Source of the DNA: Zancudomyces culisetae HAW-14-8
Taxonomy: Eukaryota; Fungi; Kickxellomycota
NCBI GenBank assembly: GCA_052426225.1
Contig: JBNJNM010000021.1
Coordinates: forward strand, 248,001-312,000
Direction of reading: 5' to 3'
Length of the DNA stretch: 64,000 nucleotides
Shown here piece after piece: positions 61,263-64,000 of the stretch (position 1 is the stretch's first letter; each line of letters starts with the position of its first letter). The notes beneath the pieces are model-generated. The model was not told the origin of the DNA, did no database searches, and saw only the letters and a program-made list of their open reading frames with translations. The position numbers and the translations under genes were made by a program.

Positions 61263-62169
61263 TATACTATCGTTTGCTGCAAATTATTAATATCGTTGTA
61301 GATTAAAATATTTTTTTCCTATTTATTCTTTTGTGGAGGCTGTGTCCTTGGAAGATTCGCTTTTATATATTTGATAACTGCTTCCCTTATTGTCCCAAAT
61401 ACGGAAAAGTAGAAAAAAAATACAATAATACAATAAAAATATACCCAAAGACCTTGTAAATATATTTATAAGTTGTTTGGCAAGATATAAATGTCTTTTA
61501 GAACTATTGTTTATTAAAAATGTCTTTGCCTTATTTAAAACGAGAACTGCAAAAATAAAAAAATAAAGAGGAATACACAAACATGTCTATAGAAATAAAC
61601 AAATTAAAATGGCCAACCTTATTTTAGGATTTTTCCTTCATTATTCCCTTTCATGCTATTTCCCTTTACTCATTTTCAAATACACATTGAACGATTGCTA
61701 ATTTAAATTGGTCCGAATCCCAATTTGTAACTATTTACATATGTTCTGGTTTTATCATTTGCCTATTGGATATGGGCTATTAATATAGACACTTTCATTT
61801 GTGTGCAATAAAAGAAATCTAGACCACAAAAGTTAGTCTAAGCTGTAATATGAAATGCATAATTTCGCCTTTTTATTTTTTTTTTTGTAAAAGCCAGTAA
61901 AAAAAAACGCAACTACGATTTTTGTTTATATATCTCGGCATCAGGAAAACAAAAAGCGGAGGATGAAATGCATAAGGGAAAAAAATACTGCTCTTTCTGA
62001 GAAGTGAAGTTTATTTGCGTGTATTCCTAATCGCTGCGGAACCATTAGCTAATTAAGTCTTGAATGTACCTATAGCCTGTCTAACTATACAGAAAGCTTG
62101 TACAAAGAGCTAAACATCATGGTGTGTATATTTGCTAGTACGATGCACTTACAAATCGGTGTGCTGATA

Positions 62170-62500
62170 CGTTAGCGAGCTTGCATGCCTGTACTTTTTT
62201 TTGACATTAGATAATCAGGTATCATTAATAAACCGAAAGACAGATTGCTGACAACGTTGTAATTGACGAAAACATTGACCAGAATCGGGGACACAGCTTT
62301 AGGCCCTTGGGAAACCCCGTATTTTGTAACTGGTAGCCTATCGACTTTACTATTTGTCAATGGTTTAAATTGTATGTAATATTTGACCTGTCAAGAAATC
62401 ATTACTGAATGGCAATAAATATATCCATGTTGTATACGATGCAGAAATAACCACATCAGCATTTCTATGAAAAATTGAGTAGACCTTGGATGTGAGATTT
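62170..62500 (-). mobile_element. Degenerate non-LTR retrotransposon reverse transcriptase fragment
   Basis: LPVTKYGVSQGPKAVSPILVNVFVN...GLLMIPDYL resembles RT 'GVxQG..xSPxLFxxFIN...xxFADD'; catalytic DD lost and frame broken. Confidence 0.5.
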
Positions 62501-63455
62501 TGTATAATATTTGTTTATTAGCTAGCGGGACTCTTGTTTACACATGACCGTGTGCTATGTTTTTTATGCGTATCCGTTTTATTTCGATAAATTGTAAGGC
62601 TTTGAACCTAACTATCTATGCAGGTTAATGCGTCTAATAAAAACTAACAAGTAAAAGGCTTGGGTTATTTGCGGTATTTTCGGGAAAACTATGCTGAGAA
62701 AAACGTATTAGCGACAGCACTCGTGATGATGTTATTACCGAATGCCCAGCTATACAAAAGTACTGATTACACCCAAGTGCTACAACAATCCCATTCCTAT
62801 AGCGAGTTTTGTAAGTAAAATCTACTAAATGATGACATTGGCCGAATATGTAACCAAGGGAGTAAACAGATATGACTACCCCAACAACCACCAATTACAT
62901 TTTCTTTTTATACCTATTTTCCACAATCCACTATCTGGCCTCGAAAAATCGTGTTGCTTTTAAACATTGAATACTGAAACGCATGCTCAGGCTAATATTA
63001 CAAGCTCTAAAAGTGTGATAAAGCGACGTGCAAAATGCCTATTTTTTTGAACTATTTTTAACGTACGCCCAAATGAAGAATGGGGGTGGTTATTTACGAG
63101 GGAAATTCATGCGTATATAGGCATTCTAAATTGCAGATATGTTTTCAAAAAAAATAAATATATACAGAATTCATGACAATGATGTGATTGAGATTTTCTC
63201 CGAACTTTTTGGTTTAAAATAAAATGCGGAATGGTTTTGTTAATTGCATCATAATACAAAACCTTTTCCTTCGCTAAAGCGGGAAAGGAAGGGTATTGGG
63301 AAGTACATACGAGAGTACATTAAAAAACACATTGTTGGTGTGAACACCGTTACTTTACCACAAAAACGACACTTTCCACTTTTACAATTATAGTGACTAC
63401 TATTTTCTACATATTATATGCACAGTCCAAGAACATACTCAAAAAAAAATATGGA

Positions 63456-63480
63456 ATACGGCATACGGCATACGGCATAC
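63456..63480. repeat. 7-bp tandem repeat (ATACGGC)x3.5
   Basis: Directly visible. Confidence 0.8.
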
Positions 63481-64000
63481 ATGCACTTTTATCGAATTTA
63501 GTGCCATCTAATTGTTTGGAAAGTACTTCAGCTGAACACCACTGTTTCAGCCTGTGCACATTCGTCAAAACGTACCTATTCAAGTGTGAGGATAGATTAT
63601 TATTACTATTTGCATTTGCATTTGGTAAGTATGAGTGTGCTGGAGTCATAAAAATGGGACTCAAAACAGAAATAAATTCAAATGTATTATCACCAAGCAC
63701 GGAGAAATAATGCATTTAGTATGCCAAAAGATGCAATTTTCTATTTAATTTATCTATTCTCTGCGTATTTTTACACTCACCCAACGTTATAGCGCTAGAA
63801 TGGTCACCTTATAGATAATCTATGTGTGTAACTCGACAATACCACGCACTTGACAAAATATATCACATGGACTTGGTGTTATTCAGAAGTCCACATGTCA
63901 AAGTTGGCGTTGATAGACCTATGGAATTTGACTTTGTATTTTCTTTGCTTTTTTTCTAATCATCAGGTGCAACCCACCCGTTTTTTTTTACCACCTTTCA

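Noticed and set aside
1-64000. tRNA, rRNA, spliceosomal snRNA or CRISPR arrays
   Set aside because: No convincing signatures found by eye; eukaryotic context

Overview
AT-rich, intron-containing eukaryotic DNA (GT-AG introns, mostly 80-260 nt) with a fungal-type gene set. The mix of genes lost from yeasts (DNAJC12-, MYSM1-, RFWD3-like) suggests an early-diverging fungus, possibly Zoopagomycota/Harpellales; this is inference only. About 23 protein genes can be reconstructed, several missed or fragmented by the ORF track: DUF4211/CCDC82-like, NAT9, DNAJC12-like, SPT20, a ~1520-aa RFWD3-like RING-WD protein, a ZNF706-like small zinc finger, SUS1, PET117, a divergent HIBCH-like crotonase, BAG1-like, a WD40 protein, PCC1, Med11-like, POL5, ATP synthase e, LIP2, a SWIRM-MPN (MYSM1-like) protein, a PPR protein, RPN11 and orphans. 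Best hidden features: (1) a spliced non-coding host gene on the minus strand carrying the snR57-snR55-snR61(U38) C/D snoRNA cluster, one snoRNA per intron; (2) a MYSM1-like protein with a dismantled JAMM catalytic site; (3) a DNAJC12 homolog keeping the KFRxYEx client-binding tail; (4) two G-rich to C-rich skew switches centred inside SPT20 and POL5; (5) a decayed non-LTR reverse transcriptase relic. All family assignments come from recognising motifs by eye; no searches were run.
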